Assembly: GCF_000142905.1 (NCBI RefSeq)
Contig: NW_013657646.1
Location: 326,531 to 390,530 of the forward strand
From: Thecamonas trahens ATCC 50062
Taxonomy: Eukaryota; Protista; Apusomonadida
Length of the DNA: 64,000 bases
Reading direction: 5' to 3'
Position numbers and translations under genes: made by a program. The notes beneath the pieces were generated by a model. That model was not told where the DNA came from and ran no database searches. It saw only the letters and a list, made by a program, of their open reading frames with translations. Shown here piece after piece: positions 11,320-21,227 of this stretch (position 1 is the first letter of the stretch; the number at the start of each line of letters is the position of its first letter).

Positions 11320-11808
11320 GGTCGTCAGCGAGTTGAGTGAGTGCTGCTGTTGTTGGCAATTCGGGCGGCGCTCGGTCTCTGGCAAAGTGGCGCAAGAACA
11401 ATGGTCTGGCACAACATCGGGGTTGTTTGAGGGCAATCCACGCGTAGTGAGGGGAGAGTGAGCTGTGTCTGATCGGTGCGCTTGCTACGGTGCGCTTACT
11501 ACCGAGCAAGGCCATCACGATCAAGAAGATGGCCATGAGGGGTATGACGCCCGCAACCGCATGAGCAAGACCATTCTTGTGACTGATCGCTGTCTTGTTG
11601 GACGATGTGGACGATGTGCATGATGTGCGACTCTGATCTCAGCTGATGGCCAGCATGTGGTAGCCGTAGCAGCCATGATGGCACCCGTGGAGGCATTGCT
11701 GTGGTCAAGCGGGTCAAGTGACCGTCTGTCGGCGACCATCTTTCGGTCACTCACACCAGCTGAAGGGCCACTCCACGCCCGACCACACCACTTGCGACTC
11801 GACCAACC

Positions 11809-12995
11809 ATGCCCAAGTCCAAGCGCCAGAAGCTGTGTACGGTACATGGGAGAGGGAGGGAGGGGGAGGAAGGTGTAGGAGGGAGGGAGGGGGAGGGGAT
11901 GGGGGGGGGAGGGGGGAGGAGGGAGAGGGAGAGGGAGGGGGAGTGGAGGATGGATTGGGAGATGGCAAGAGGTAGTGGAGACAGGGGGGGGCATAGGAGG
12001 GGGGGGATGGGGGAGATGGGGGGGGGATAGGGGGATGGGGGGATGGGGGGATGGGGAAGGGACTTATGTATGTGGGGATTGATGGGTGATGGTGATGGGA
12101 TGGCTGGATGGCTGGGATGGCTGGGATGGCTGGGGGGGATGGCTGACTGGCGGACGGACAACGAACGAATACAATGGAATGATAACAATGGTGGTGTTTG
12201 TGGTGGTGTTCATCGACGGCTATGATGATCATGGTGTCGACTCCTACTACACTGCTGCGACGACCGCTGCTGTAACTGCTGCTGATTGATGTCGGGATAA
12301 CAGACTCGCTGACGTCTGTGGCCAAGGGCGGCCGCGAGGCCAAGTCCCAGCTCATTGATACCATCCGCGAGGCAGCGGGCAACTTCCCGCGGCTGCTGCT
12401 GGTGCAGGTGTGGAACATGCGCAATGCGTCGCTGAAGGAGCTCCGGATGCGGTGGAAGCCCGACTCGCGGTTCTTCTTTGGCAAGCACGCCGTGATGCGT
12501 GTGGCGCTCGGCCGGACGGCTGAGGAGGAGATTGCCGAGGGCATCTCCAAGGTTGCCAACGCTATCCGGACCGGGACTGGCCTGCTCTTCACCGAGAAGA
12601 GCCTCAAGGAGGTGCAGGACCACTTTGACACCATGCAGGAGGCGCACTACGCCCGTGCCGGCACAGAGGTCTACGACACGATCACCATCGAGGCCGGCCC
12701 GCTCACCCAGTTTGGCCACTCGCTCGAGCCGCGCCTCCGCCAGCTCGGCCTGCCCACCCGCCTCAACAAGGGTGTCATCGAGCTCCTCGAGACCGTCGAC
12801 CTCTGCGCCGCAGGCGATGTCCTCTCCTCGGAGCAGGCCGCGCTCCTCCGCCTCTTTGACCACAAGCTCGCCCTCTTCCGCATGCAGGTCGTCGGCGCAT
12901 GGGAGGCCGAGTCGGGCAAGTTTGTCGACATCAGCCCCTCCCCGCCCCAGGTCACCCGCTCCATCTCTGGCCAAGCTGACATGGCTGAAGAGTAA
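11809..12995 (+). CDS. MRT4: Ribosome assembly factor Mrt4; join(11809..11836,12304..12995)
   Basis: MPKSKRQKL/YSLT start; NMRN...SRFFFGK, GLLFT, YARAG, EPRLRQLGLPT and QAALLRLF motifs. Confidence 0.95.
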
Positions 12996-13077
12996 AGTCG
13001 TGATAACCCAGCCTCTTGTCGGGCGCCCTCCCTCCTCTGCCAGTCGCCCGCCCACGACACTTCTCTCGCTCCTCCTG

Positions 13078-15138
13078 ATGGCTGCAGGGAACCATTTGAC
13101 GATTGCGCGCGGGAGGAGCCACATCAATGCAGATCAGCTTCAGGCGTATCTGTTCGGATCGAGTGAGGCGGTGGCGGCGCATGAGGCGGCGGTGGCGCTG
13201 CTCGAGTCTTCCGAGCACTCGTGGATGGTGGACGACTCGCTGGTGGATGCCGACGTGGCGACGGTGCGAGAGGAGACGCTGCGGCGGATTGTGGCGGGGA
13301 ACAAGCTGGTGAAGGAGCTTGGCGGCGTCGAGGCTGACGAGGGAGTGGCGAGGGCACTGGCTCGCTTGCTGCACATTACCGACGGCGCCCTGTCGATGCG
13401 GTGGGGCGTGCACAGCGTGCTCTTCGCCGAGGCTGTCCGCATTCTGGCCTCGCCAGAGGTGGCGGGCGAACTGGCGGAAGCCATAGCCGACATGGATGTC
13501 ATCGGCTGCTTTGCCATGACCGAACTCGGATGCTCGTCGTACCTTCGTGGCATTGCCACGGTGGCGGTCTACCATCCGGCTCAAGACGCCTTTGTCCTCC
13601 ACACCCCGTCTCCGCTCGCCACCAAGGTATGGATCGGGATGGCGGGACAGAGTGCGACGCACAGTGTGGTGCTTGCTCGCATGGCAGTGGCCCAGCCTGG
13701 ACGCAAGCTCGAGTGGCTGGGCCTGCAGTGGTTCCTCGTCCCCATCCGCGACACGGTGACCGGCGCCCCGCTGCCCGGCGCCACCATCGGCGACATGGGT
13801 GCCAAGATGGGCCGCCATGGCCTGGACAACGGCACGCTCTCATTTGATGCGATGGTTCTGCCGAGCAGCGCGCGGCTTGCCCGGTTTGCCAGCCTTGAGC
13901 GGAGCAAGGATCCCGGTACACCGTCCGGTTGGGCCGTCCGCTTCTCGCCATCGCCGCTGGCGCAGATGGCGTATGCTGTCCTCATCACCGAGCGGGTGAC
14001 GGCGGTGCGGTCAGCGTGTGACACTCTTGCCATCGGCGCGACCATTGCAGTCCGCTATGGATATCTGCGGCAGCAGGGCCCGCCTTCCATCGACAACATT
14101 ATGGCGTACCCGTCGTACGCCGGACGGGCGCTATCGCTGGTGGTTGACGCTCTCGCACTGCACGCCTCGGCGGCTCAGCTAGAGGCCGGTCTCGCGGCGC
14201 TAGACGCCATCCGCGAAGCCGACGACATGGCCATGTACGCCAGCGGTGTGAGTCTCCTGCACACATCGTCGGCGTGTCTCAAGGCGTACGGTGGGTGGCT
14301 GGCAAACGATGGGCTCGAGACTGCGCGCCAATGCCTCGGCGGGCATGGCTACTCTGCTTACAACAACGTGTCGACGCTCATCACTGACTGGGCCGTCTTT
14401 ACCACTGGCGGTGGCGACAACACTGTCATGGGCCTACAGACGGCGCGATTTCTTGCCAAGCTCGCTCTCGACCGCGATCGCGCTCCTGACCGGTTGGCAG
14501 ACGCCCCGGAGGTCCTTGCCGCGCAATACGCGTACCTGCTCAAGCCAGTGTGCCCGAAGCAGTTGGCCGACATAGGTGAGCATCTGAAGGCCGTTGCAGC
14601 TGAAGCGATTGTGGCCGATGGCTGCATGCTGGTGGCCTGGGCGGCGCAGATGCGGCTGGCACAACTGGCGGCGGCGCTGGCTCCCGTGGCACGCGACGAG
14701 TGGTGGGTGGAGTGCCAGATGCCGGCACTGGAGGCGGCACGTGCGCACGCGCGGGCGGTCATGACGATGGCACTAGCCGAGTGGGTGGCAGCAGCACCAG
14801 CAGATCTTGCACTTGTCCTTCACCGCTGCGGCGCGATCTTTGCCATTGACTCGATGCTGAGCGTGTTGGCGCTAGCGGCCGATGCCGGCGTGGTGTCCGG
14901 CGTCGAGGCTCTGCTCCATCAAGCTCGGGGGCAGCTGGTAGCGGATCTGGCCGACGATGGGGCCGTGCTCGTAGATGGCTTTGGGTTTCCGGACTTTACT
15001 ATCAAGTCGCCGCTGGCGTTTGCAAGCGGCGATGATGCATATGGCGCATACCTGCGGCGGATCGGCAAAGCAGCTGCCGTGCTTCCGTCGCGCGCCGAGT
15101 ACTGGAGCCGGGTCATGGCGTCCAAGTCGAAGCTCTGA
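13078..15138 (+). CDS. Peroxisomal acyl-CoA oxidase
   Basis: GCFAMTELG, ATKVWIG, GDMGAKMGRHGLDNG and ARQCLGGHGY motifs; C-terminal PTS1 SKL. Confidence 0.93.
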   Translation: MAAGNHLTIARGRSHINADQLQAYLFGSSEAVAAHEAAVALLESSEHSWMVDDSLVDADVATVREETLRRIVAGNKLVKELGGVEADEGVARALARLLHITDGALSMRWGVHSVLFAEAVRILASPEVAGELAEAIADMDVIGCFAMTELGCSSYLRGIATVAVYHPAQDAFVLHTPSPLATKVWIGMAGQSATHSVVLARMAVAQPGRKLEWLGLQWFLVPIRDTVTGAPLPGATIGDMGAKMGRHGLDNGTLSFDAMVLPSSARLARFASLERSKDPGTPSGWAVRFSPSPLAQMAYAVLITERVTAVRSACDTLAIGATIAVRYGYLRQQGPPSIDNIMAYPSYAGRALSLVVDALALHASAAQLEAGLAALDAIREADDMAMYASGVSLLHTSSACLKAYGGWLANDGLETARQCLGGHGYSAYNNVSTLITDWAVFTTGGGDNTVMGLQTARFLAKLALDRDRAPDRLADAPEVLAAQYAYLLKPVCPKQLADIGEHLKAVAAEAIVADGCMLVAWAAQMRLAQLAAALAPVARDEWWVECQMPALEAARAHARAVMTMALAEWVAAAPADLALVLHRCGAIFAIDSMLSVLALAADAGVVSGVEALLHQARGQLVADLADDGAVLVDGFGFPDFTIKSPLAFASGDDAYGAYLRRIGKAAAVLPSRAEYWSRVMASKSKL

Positions 15139-15360
15139 TCATGAGCTGCCCGAGTCCTGTGTCCGCGGATCGGCGACGCGCATGAAGGGGAAGGGCTTGC
15201 GCTTGTTGAGCGTGATGTCATCGTGGTAGAGCGCGTTGCGAGCGAGGATGCCGGCGCCCATGCACGCCGCGCCGGTAACGACCGCGATGAGCGGGTACGC
15301 CTCGGCGACGTTCCAGGTCTTGATGACTGAGCGAAGGGTGTTGGGAGCACGAGTAGCCAT
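15139..15360 (-). CDS. NDUFA4/B12D (MLRQ) family mitochondrial protein
   Basis: EAYPLIAVV single TM, followed by RNALYHDDITLNKRKPFPF. Confidence 0.85.
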   Translation of the reverse strand: MATRAPNTLRSVIKTWNVAEAYPLIAVVTGAACMGAGILARNALYHDDITLNKRKPFPFMRVADPRTQDSGSS

Positions 15361-15536
15361 GATGAGCGAGTTGATCGAGTGTGTTAAAGCTGCGGTAGAG
15401 CTGTTTGGGTGATGTGGCGAGACTTATTCCGCTCCATCAGCCCTCGTCCCTCCAGCGTTTTATCCCTTCCTGCCCCAACCAAATCCAACCCACTTGCTCT
15501 GCCCGACGCGACAGGCCACCCACAATTTTTCACCCA

Positions 15537-15576
15537 CCGGGTCACCCCGGGTCACCCCGGGTCACCCCGGGTCACC
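15537..15576. repeat. Perfect 10-bp tandem repeat (CCGGGTCACC)x4 in a divergent intergenic region
   Basis: Direct sequence. Confidence 0.95.
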
Positions 15577-15605
15577 TCGACAAGCCAGTGCAGTCTGGTG
15601 CAGAG

Positions 15606-15935
15606 ATGGGCGAGGCAACGCGTGCGGGCTTGTTCGGCACCCTTTGTCTTCATTGGAGGCAAGTTGGTCCACTCCCCAGCGACAGCGAGCTAATGGTGGG
15701 TAGTGCCCGCAACTCGAGCCCACGCGAGCGGCTGGCAAGTACGGCTGAGCGCGGCGCGGCTCGAGTCGACGACAGCATGGGCTGGGACGAGATGGCGCTA
15801 GTGATGGGCTCGGTTGTGGTGGGATGCACACTGCTGGCCATCCTGGTGTGTGTGTACTTGTACTTGGCCGACGACTCGAGGTTCTTCCCACTCGCCTCGT
15901 ATTTCTTTGATACCCGTGCCCTGCATGAGCTGTAG
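15606..15935 (+). CDS. Hypothetical single-pass membrane protein
   Basis: ORF with hydrophobic segment ALVMGSVVVGCTLLAILVCVYLYL; start uncertain. Confidence 0.4.
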   Translation: MGEATRAGLFGTLCLHWRQVGPLPSDSELMVGSARNSSPRERLASTAERGAARVDDSMGWDEMALVMGSVVVGCTLLAILVCVYLYLADDSRFFPLASYFFDTRALHEL

Positions 15936-16042
15936 GCCTTCCCCCCTGCACCTCATGCACCGGCACCGTGGCCATCGCGCGGCAGTGGAGCGATGACTAC
16001 ACAGAACGGTGTGGAATGGTCACTGTCGCCGCAAGCGAAGAC

Positions 16043-16517
16043 TCAGCCAAACTTGGCAACCCGCCCCGGCGGCGGGGTGTAGGCGGGCGGGGCCTCTGGA
16101 TGGGCTACAGATATGGGCGCAGCTCTGGCGGGGGCGTTTGCCAGCAAAGGCGGAGTGGCCGCCGCGTGTGTGTCGTCGGCAAGGGCCGCGAAGATCTTGA
16201 TGGCCATCAGCCGGCCGACTGCGATGAGCAGCAGCACAATGCCGAGACCGAGCGCCGTGTGACGCTGACCCGATGGCGCGGATGTGTATGCCACTGCCAG
16301 AATGAAGAAGGTCAGCCCCCACGCGCCGGCCGCGCCCGAGATCAACCAGTCCCTCGTGGTCAGCTCGCCGTGGCGACGACGGCCCAGCCCGAGCATCATC
16401 ATCACGCACAAGCTTCAAATACTGGCTCCAGCAATCAGTCCAAAGCCAGCGTACCACCTCGAAGCGTTGCAGAACTTATGTCGTAGCCAAGTGTGGTCTT
16501 CCGTCGAGGCTGACCGG
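16043..16517 (-). pseudogene. Multi-TM protein exon with a C-terminal PPAY motif and an in-frame TGA at 16417-16415 (pseudogene, error or readthrough)
   Basis: Frame reads KFCNASRWYAGFGLIAGASI*SLCVMMMLGLG, then two more TM helices and PEAPPAYTPPP. The 5' part may lie in the gap. Confidence 0.5.
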
Positions 16518-17144
16518 CTTGGTTAATCCCTCCCTCTCCTGCCTACGCACCTGCCGCCTGCCGACGAGCTGGCGCCCGCACCCGCATCTCCCCCCCCTGA
16601 NNNNNNNNNNNNNNNNNNNNNNNNNNNNNNNNNNNNNNNNNNNNNNNNNNNNNNNNNNNNNNNNNNNNNNNNNNNNNNNNNNNNNNNNNNNNNNNNNNNN
16701 NNNNNNNNNNNNNNNNNNNNNNNNNNNNNNNNNNNNNNNNNNNNNNNNNNNNNNNNNNNNNNNNNNNNNNNNNNTGCCCCCCACCACACACACACCCTGA
16801 CCACACCAACACACCACTCCACCACACCCTTCCGAGGCAACGTCTCTACTCACTGTTCTCCGAAGAGATTCCCGGGTATCACCCTTCATACTCCCCACCC
16901 CCCCCCCCCAACACCCCCCCCACCCTCTCTCTCGCGCTGCACTCAGCTTGCCGCTCACCTCTCCCAGTTCGCCGCACACCACAACCTGCTCGCCGCTCGC
17001 TACTCGCTACTCGCCACGCACCACTTACTCTCCTGCTGTCGCTGCCGTCATCTTGATTGCGTCGGCTCTGTCTGGGACAACGGTACTCACGTCAAGGTCT
17101 AGATCGCATCCACAGACGCCGCCTGAACTCGATCGTCGCAATCG

Positions 17145-20100
17145 ATGGTGCGACACGCCAAGGACATGTTTGTGGCGGTTGCTCACGGTGACAAGGACAA
17201 GGTGCTGGCGCTGGTGAGCAAGTACGGCAAGGAGCTACTTGATGTCCATGAGCCGACAAAGGGCACAGTCCCGCTACACTTTGCTGTCATCGCAGGAAAG
17301 CTATCAATGGCCAAGCTGCTCATCAAGCTCGGCTGCGACATCAACGCCACGGTACGCCCTCTCTTGCACCCCCCCCCCCCCCCCCTCTCCTCTCCTTCTC
17401 CTTCTGCTCCCCCTCTACACTCACACTCACCCATTTCCTCCCCCGCTGAATATGCAAAGTCCTCAACTGGCGACTCTGCGCTGCATCTGGCAGTGATGAA
17501 GGACAAGGAGAAGATTGCCAAGCTGCTGATTGTCAAGGGCATTGACGTGCACTTGGAGAACAGCGCGGGCAAGACCGCGTTTCAACTGCTGAAGCTCAAG
17601 CGAAAGGCGGCGGCCAAGAAAAAGGGCGCACCTACGAATCGCGAGCGCAAGGCCAAGCTGGGCGGCGGCGAGGTCGACATCGGAAGCGGGAGCGCCAGCG
17701 GCGACGGCGACAATGCGATTGGCAAGGCGGGCCGAGCCGGCGGCAATTCACTCGACGACGAGAGCTCAGACTCTGACTCGGGCGACGGCGAGGACGACGA
17801 GTTTGCGGCGGCGCTCAGGGAGCGGTTTCTTTCCCAGTCACGGACAGGCCGGCGGATGTCTGTGCGCCGGCAGGGAAGCGACGACTTGCATGTCCGCGGG
17901 ACGACGGCGATGGCGACCGACGACGACGAGGCCGAGGTGGCGCCTGGTCCCTACGAGGCGCCATACCCGGTTGTGTCGTCCGACGACCAGCCGACGCCGT
18001 CGATCAAGCGGCTCCGGGCCAAGCTGGCTGGACGAGTCCGACAGTTTGCCGAGTCGTCACAGCCGCGGGTGTCAGACGCACCCAAGGTCATCCTCAGCAT
18101 CCTCCTTCCGTCGGGGAGCCGGAAGAAGATTGCGGTCCCGTGCGACTACACCGGGCAGGAGCTGATGGATGTGTTTGCCAGCAAGATCAACCTCGCGGTC
18201 AACGACATGTTTGAGCTTGTGGTCCTCAACACCAAGACCGGACGGATCCAGGACTTTATCGACGCAGACCGGACCATCGAAGACCACGAGCTCAAGCCGT
18301 CGGACCTCATCTCGTTCCGTACCAAGTTCTTCAAGATGCCGGCCACGCCGGATCCGGTCATCCTCAACCTGCTGTATCTGCAGACGCGCAACGACGTGAC
18401 GTCGGGCCAGCTGGCGGTCTCGGAGCCGCTGGCAGTGAATCTCGCAGCGCTCACGCTGCAGATCACGCACGGCAAGTTTGACCCCAAGGTCCACAACCTG
18501 GGCTTTCTGGACGAGTCTGCGCTCGACGACCTCCTCCCGCGGCACCTTGTCTCACGGTACGCGCTCTCACTGTGGCAGGACCGGATGTTTGTGGCCTGGG
18601 CGCGCAACGACCAGGAACTGACCGGCGACGAGTTGGTGCAGCAGTACCTGGCGCGGGCGCGCGAGGCGCCCGCCTTTGGCGGCACCCACTTTGACGCCCG
18701 TGGACCGGGCTCGGTCCCGGCTTCGATTGCGGTGGTGGAGGACGGCGTTCTCATCCGGCACAAGGGCGAGCCGTACACCTTTTTCTCGCTCTTTCGGCGG
18801 ACGCCGGGCTCGGACGAGAACGAACTCAAGTCGTGGCGATGGGATGCCGAGCAAGTTCTGTTCGACGTGGTAGAGCCGGCCAGCGGCGAGGGTGCGTCGC
18901 TGCTCTCGTACGCGGTGGTGGGCGGTGCTGACGCCGCACGGGAGCTGGTCGAGCTTATCTCGGGCTACTACATCCTGCTGGTCTTTGGCGACGCGGTGCC
19001 AACGCGTCCGATGCTGATGCTCGACGACCTGCCTGTTCCTTCCGAGCCGTTGCCGATGCGGACGGTGATGCAGCTGCCGCAGCCGCGGGCGCTCGACTAC
19101 GCCGCGCCGTCGCGGCTTGCCCTCCTCCTTGAAACGTATGTCGAGGAGTGCGCCAAGGCCGGTACGGCACCACTGGCGTCGGTGCTGGCGCCGATCCACG
19201 CCGCGCTCGATGCTGGCACCCCGCTGACGCTGCTCAACATGGGCGCGCCGCAAGCCGACTCGAGCCTCCATGCCACGGCGCAGATTGCGGCGACCGAGGC
19301 GGCCCGTAAGGCCGAGCTGGGTCTGGTGGCAAGGGGCGGAGGAGCAGGGCCGTCTGGCGGCAAGGCCGGAGGCAAGGACTCTGAGGCTTGTGCGTTCTGG
19401 GCGCCGAACCAGGTCCTCGCACTGGCGACGGCGCTGCGCAAGACGCGCAAGGTAGAGGGCCTGCCTGTAGACGACGTTATGGTGAGCACGGTCTCGTTTG
19501 CACAATCGCGGTTTGGCGAGTCCAAGGCGTGTCTTGGAGCGGTCGAGCGTGTGCTCTCTGAGGTTGGCGACGCGTTCCGGGTGGAGAAGATGGACCTAAG
19601 CGAGTGTGCGCTCACGACGGAGAAGCAGTGGATTGTGGTGTGCGCGGCGCTGCGGCACACCGCGCCGCTGACCGAGCTTGTGGTGAGCGGCAACGCCATG
19701 CCGGCCAAGTCGATGCTGGAACTTGTGCGGACGTTCAAGGCCGGCGTGCATGCGAACCAGGTGTTTGCGGCAGCGGCGTGCTCGCTCGGCGACGAACACG
19801 TGGTGCACCTCGGTAAGCGGCTGTACAACAATGCGTCAACGCTGACGGCGCTCGACCTCTCGGGCAACAAGATTACGGACTTTGGGCTGGAGAAGGGCAT
19901 TCTTGTCAACATGGGCCGCAACACTGGCCTGAGGTCGCTGGCGTTCTCGCGGAACAATGTGACGTCCAAGGGCGTCCGGGCGCTGCTCGCGCTAGTGGAG
20001 GAGAAGCGGACGCTGACATCGATCCTCCTCTCCAACTGCCACATCTCAGCCAAGGAGTGCGGCGTGTTCTCGGCACGACTGAGCATCAACTCGGTGCAGG

Positions 20101-20789
20101 TACTCGCGCTTGCCGGCAACTCGCTGGGCAAGGGCGTGGCGACGTTTGCGCCACACCTGACCAAGGCATCGGGCCTGACCGAGCTCGACCTCTCAGACGT
20201 GTCGCTGGAGAAGCACGGGATTGCAGCGCTGGTGGAGACGCTGCCAACCGTCCGCAATCTGCGGACGCTCTCGCTGGCCGACAACGGCATCTCGACCAAG
20301 GACGGGGTGCCGCTGGTGGGAGCCATCGGGGCGTCACGCTCGCTGGTCACCGTCGACCTCTCCGGAAACTCGTTCAAGAAGGACTTTGCCGAGGCGCTCG
20401 GGAGTGCGCTTGCGGCGTCGACCTCGCTCCGCTCGCTCAGCTTGGCGAGCAACAAGCTGGGCGGTGAAGGCGCTGCGGCGATTGGACGGGCACTGGCGGC
20501 TAACGGGCTTGCGCTCACCGACCTCTCGCTTGCAGGCAACAAGATCGGATCTGGCGTCGACGCCCTCGCCGAGGGCCTGACCTCCAACTCGACGCTTATC
20601 TCGCTCTCGCTCGCCAACAACTCTATATCGGGCGACCACTTTATGGAGGTGGTCACGGCGCTCGAAGCTAATACCGGCCTGCGGCATGTCGACATGACCG
20701 GCAACCAGCGGTTCACGCCTGCCCAGATCGACACCATCATCGAGCCGCGCGACATCTCGTGCGAGATCTACGTTTCATTTGCGAGCTAG
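17145..20789 (+). CDS. Ankyrin repeat - FERM domain - RI-like LRR protein; probable in-frame intron 17352..17459
   Basis: Ankyrin motifs GTVPLHFAV and GDSALHLAV; FERM motifs FRTKFF, LLYLQTRNDV and PAFGGTHF; LxxLxLxxN repeats; C-rich GTACGC..AAG intron. Confidence 0.88.
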   Translation: MVRHAKDMFVAVAHGDKDKVLALVSKYGKELLDVHEPTKGTVPLHFAVIAGKLSMAKLLIKLGCDINATVRPLLHPPPPPLSSPSPSAPPLHSHSPISSPAEYAKSSTGDSALHLAVMKDKEKIAKLLIVKGIDVHLENSAGKTAFQLLKLKRKAAAKKKGAPTNRERKAKLGGGEVDIGSGSASGDGDNAIGKAGRAGGNSLDDESSDSDSGDGEDDEFAAALRERFLSQSRTGRRMSVRRQGSDDLHVRGTTAMATDDDEAEVAPGPYEAPYPVVSSDDQPTPSIKRLRAKLAGRVRQFAESSQPRVSDAPKVILSILLPSGSRKKIAVPCDYTGQELMDVFASKINLAVNDMFELVVLNTKTGRIQDFIDADRTIEDHELKPSDLISFRTKFFKMPATPDPVILNLLYLQTRNDVTSGQLAVSEPLAVNLAALTLQITHGKFDPKVHNLGFLDESALDDLLPRHLVSRYALSLWQDRMFVAWARNDQELTGDELVQQYLARAREAPAFGGTHFDARGPGSVPASIAVVEDGVLIRHKGEPYTFFSLFRRTPGSDENELKSWRWDAEQVLFDVVEPASGEGASLLSYAVVGGADAARELVELISGYYILLVFGDAVPTRPMLMLDDLPVPSEPLPMRTVMQLPQPRALDYAAPSRLALLLETYVEECAKAGTAPLASVLAPIHAALDAGTPLTLLNMGAPQADSSLHATAQIAATEAARKAELGLVARGGGAGPSGGKAGGKDSEACAFWAPNQVLALATALRKTRKVEGLPVDDVMVSTVSFAQSRFGESKACLGAVERVLSEVGDAFRVEKMDLSECALTTEKQWIVVCAALRHTAPLTELVVSGNAMPAKSMLELVRTFKAGVHANQVFAAAACSLGDEHVVHLGKRLYNNASTLTALDLSGNKITDFGLEKGILVNMGRNTGLRSLAFSRNNVTSKGVRALLALVEEKRTLTSILLSNCHISAKECGVFSARLSINSVQVLALAGNSLGKGVATFAPHLTKASGLTELDLSDVSLEKHGIAALVETLPTVRNLRTLSLADNGISTKDGVPLVGAIGASRSLVTVDLSGNSFKKDFAEALGSALAASTSLRSLSLASNKLGGEGAAAIGRALAANGLALTDLSLAGNKIGSGVDALAEGLTSNSTLISLSLANNSISGDHFMEVVTALEANTGLRHVDMTGNQRFTPAQIDTIIEPRDISCEIYVSFAS

Positions 20790-20858
20790 CGTTAACGGTA
20801 CGGTCGGTCGTTCGGGCGCGTTGTCGCGCGCCTCAAAGTGAACAACACATCACAGTAC

Positions 20859-21170
20859 ATGAGCAAGGCCTTCCACCCCCCCGCTGGCCTCGTATGGCCG
20901 CGTGCCCGTGATGCCACCTGCAGCATGCAAGAGTTGCCGTCGCGGTGACGGGCCGAGAGGAGGATGGGCAAGGCGCGTGAGGCGTCGTGCGGCACCGATC
21001 GAGGGGAGCGGCGCGCGAAGCTGGCGGAGCTTGTCGTTGACAACGGCAAACGCCACCGGATACTATGTCAAGACTGCGTCGACGCCGCTCGCGCCAAAGC
21101 CTTTGTTTCATTTGCAACGCCAATCCCCACGTCACAATGTCGCGAGGGATACCTTAGGGTTTGGCGCTGA
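20859..21170 (+). CDS. Small hypothetical Cys-containing protein; needs a 66-nt intron (20892..20957) or TGA readthrough at 20946
   Basis: ATG 20859 is in frame with ORF 20964..21170 (ILCQDC); GTATGG donor present. Confidence 0.3.
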
Positions 21171-21227
21171 TGTCGTGTGCTGGAACGCGTGGACAGACTA
21201 CGAAAGGCGCGCAGGTGGACAAAGCCG

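Noticed and set aside
12499-13077. 879-aa ORF overlapping MRT4 (apparent MRT4-oxidase fusion)
   Set aside because: The upstream part is an off-frame shadow of MRT4 in GC-rich DNA; the oxidase starts at ATG 13078.
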